Shown piece after piece: positions 61,491 through 64,000 of a DNA stretch of 64,000 nt. The notes under the pieces are model-generated. The model worked only from the letters and a program-made list of their open reading frames with translations. It did no database searches and had not been told where the DNA came from. The stretch lies in NCBI RefSeq assembly GCF_011386835.1, contig NC_088799.1, positions 65,782,001-65,846,000 of the forward strand. Reading direction: 5' to 3'. Position numbers and translations under genes: made by a program. Source of the DNA: Chrysemys picta bellii (lineage: Eukaryota). The stretch's first letter is position 1; every line of letters begins with the position of its first letter.

Positions 61491-62392
61491 CCCTCATTTA
61501 AGGAGAGACCCCAATTGTACCCTCTGGGCTCCCAAACCAAACAGCTCCCGGGGTGGCAGCAAATGGTCTAGGGGTCCTAGCTCCAGATGAAGAGAGATTT
61601 TTAGAAGCACGATGGAGCTCACCGGAGCACAGCTCCATCTCCTTCCTCATATTGCTCTGGCTGGTGCCATTGCCTCACAACACCATGTCACAATACAACA
61701 TGATGTCCTGATACATCACAATGGCTCAGTGTCACCAAGAGATGTGAGCTCGCCCATTTCTCTTGCAACACCCTGGAAGAAAAGGAGCACGTTTACCTAT
61801 CAGATGGAGAAATGGAGGAGAGCCTGCTGCATGGGATGGAATTGCTAAATGGGCATCACAAAGTCGGTGAGCAGCTGGGGAACCAGAGCTAAAGTCTCTA
61901 ACGGCCTCAGGAGAGATTAATATGAAGAACCCACTAGACACACGTCTTTGTTACTGGGATAATCCCCCATTGCCAATGTGTCGGGATTCAGCTGATAGAT
62001 CAGGGCCACCTGTTTTATTTAGTTGGATTTTCCATCATGGGAGGAGCTGGGATCCCGTATTATAACTATGGGAGGGGAGGTTGGTCCAGCCCCGACCCCG
62101 GTGTTACGGTGACAGACAGCTCGTAAGGGAAATGAACCCTGGATTCGCATCCTAGTCATCGCCACTAGTAAATCCCACTGCACTGAGGTCACCTAGGGGG
62201 GAGTTTCTAGGCCAGGGACAGCACAAACCATGCCTCTGATGGTGAGTTGTAAGAGTACATGATAGCACAGAAGGTGCTGTCCCCTCAAAAGCAGATGCTA
62301 GAATAGACCCAATGAGTGAGGCAGAAATTAACACTGAACAAGGTATTAAAATTTAATGCGTGAGTGAGTCCACGATAGTACTTAAGTACAGA

Positions 62393-62425
<33 letters not shown>

Positions 62426-62452
62426 TATATATATATATATTATACACACACA
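62393..62452. repeat. Compound (TA)n/(CA)n microsatellite
   Basis: atatatat...acacacac atatat...tacacacacac. Confidence 0.95.
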
Positions 62453-64000
62453 CGGTAAATTAAATGCTACGGCTCTCTGTTCTAAAGCTCCTCTCCAGAT
62501 AAGGCTACTAGCTGGGCTGAAGCTGTATTATTGACTCCTCCCTTCCCCCTTTCGCCCTCCTGCACTGTTCCCACTAGGCAAGCACCCCTGGCCTGGACCT
62601 GGAGATCCTGGGGTACCAGGCAATTGCCAGAGTTCAGTTAGTCAGACTCGCAGCCTTTGGCAGCTAACAAAAAAGGTATTAAAACAGATGCTCGGAGGCT
62701 GTTTACTGTCCAGTTGCTGCGGGAGCATTAGGCTGCCTGGTGCCCAGCAGGAGGCTGTCTGGGAGCAGAAGCAGCCCACACAGCTGAAGTGGGCCAAGGC
62801 TGGGCTCTGCCATCCCCTGTAGGCGATTTCCTTACCTGTCTTACATCAGTCACAAGGAGGGCGACAGTTTGTGACCGGCAAGGGAGGGGGAAGTCTCTGC
62901 CTGTGTTTCATGTTCAACACCATCTCAGAGTTTCAGTTCCTGGGTTTCTTTTGAATGCTTTATAGAGTTCCTTAAATTCAGACCCCAGAACACTTGGTCG
63001 GAACTGGCTGGTCCTCAGGATGACTCCAGCCAGCACTCCAAAGAGCCTTCAGTCACATTCCCACGTGGCCAGTGGGAGTTCCCCTGAGATCTTCTGACGT
63101 TGGTGGACTTCATGAAGGCCATTCCACTGGAGTGCCCCCAGGACCGAGGGAAGCCCATCCCAGGAGGAGTGTGAGAGGTGGGGGAGGAAAGCAGCCAAGA
63201 AGCTGGTTAGACAAAGCCTCTTACCCGCGGGAGGTGTTAGATAAGGGAGGTCACACCTGAAAGAAAAGCCAAGAGGTCACATGAGATGGAATTTGGAAAC
63301 TATCACATTAATAAACTGACTGGAGGGAGATTTGCCAGAAAGTTCTCCCCTGCCGTTCTCCCCAGCACTCACACACAGGAACCCCTGGGTCTGCTGTGCT
63401 GGAGCAGGAAAGGAGGTTCACATGGAGGATTATGGAGCTATAACACTAGATTAAAAAAGCAGCCATGTCCAGTAGCTATTAAAGAGGCATTACTCAAGCA
63501 ATAGCCCAGTGTTAGAAGTGCTAAATCCCAAGCCCTGTCCAAAGACCATGCTGGTGTTGTGAGAAGAGAGTGGGCCATTCAGAGTAACACCAACTACTAA
63601 ACATTCCCAACTGAGAATGGGCTTTTTCTGGGTATCCAGGAGGACGTGAGTGATTTCTTCAGATATGTAAGGGGTCTGGTCTTTGCCGCCTCATTAGAGT
63701 GATGGGTAGTGGCTCCAGGCTGGGCTGGAGAGAGGGGAGTTGGTTTGAGGTGATCAGATCTAGCGATACCAGGAACCGAATGGGGTCAGGTATGTTCCTC
63801 TTCAGCAGCAGTAGAAACCATCTGGAGCACAGGGCTCCCATGACTGATGTCTCTCTCCAAGGCAGAAGGCTGCCCCTATGTCTGGTTGCACTCTCCTGGG
63901 CCAAAGGCTGCCGTTCTTAGCAGTTCTGGAGCTTTTCCACAGTTAGGGGGAATTCCTCCTTCTCCTCCCTGAAATCTATGTCACCGCAAGTCCAAGCAGC

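Noticed and set aside
63072-63920. Short ORFs at the window end as possible DRP2 or ERV exons
   Set aside because: No dystrophin-family or gag/pol/env motif was recognised and there are no supporting splice signals.

Overview
Vertebrate genomic DNA, most likely a turtle (judged from its hAT, CR1, MIR, PIF/Harbinger-like and Penelope-like repeats). It contains five spliced genes, reconstructed exon by exon from GT-AG sites and reading phase: BTK (+, 18 coding exons, 657 aa), TIMM8A (+, 2 exons, 94 aa), a NIPA2-like Mg2+ transporter (-, 5 coding exons, 358 aa), an intron-containing TAF7/TAF7L gene (+, 11 coding exons, 353 aa) and an AIP/AIPL1-family gene (+, 6 exons, 479 aa). BTK-TIMM8A-TAF7L is the order known from human Xq22; the NIPA2-like and AIPL-like genes are extra relative to that interval as I recall it. 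Most notable observations: the AIPL-like paralogue with a CRX/OTX2-type site cluster and a repeat-built acidic tail that appears cut by a 1-nt frameshift; a U12-type intron in TAF7; a perfect 176-bp palindromic Penelope-like insertion carrying a hammerhead-like core on both strands; a foldback hAT element built from two transposase 3' ends; and possibly overlapping first exons at the NIPA-like/TAF7 CpG island. Almost all other ORFs in the supplied track are spurious. No gene could be supported in 1-9100 or 55800-64000. All homology calls are from recall of the families; no searches were run.
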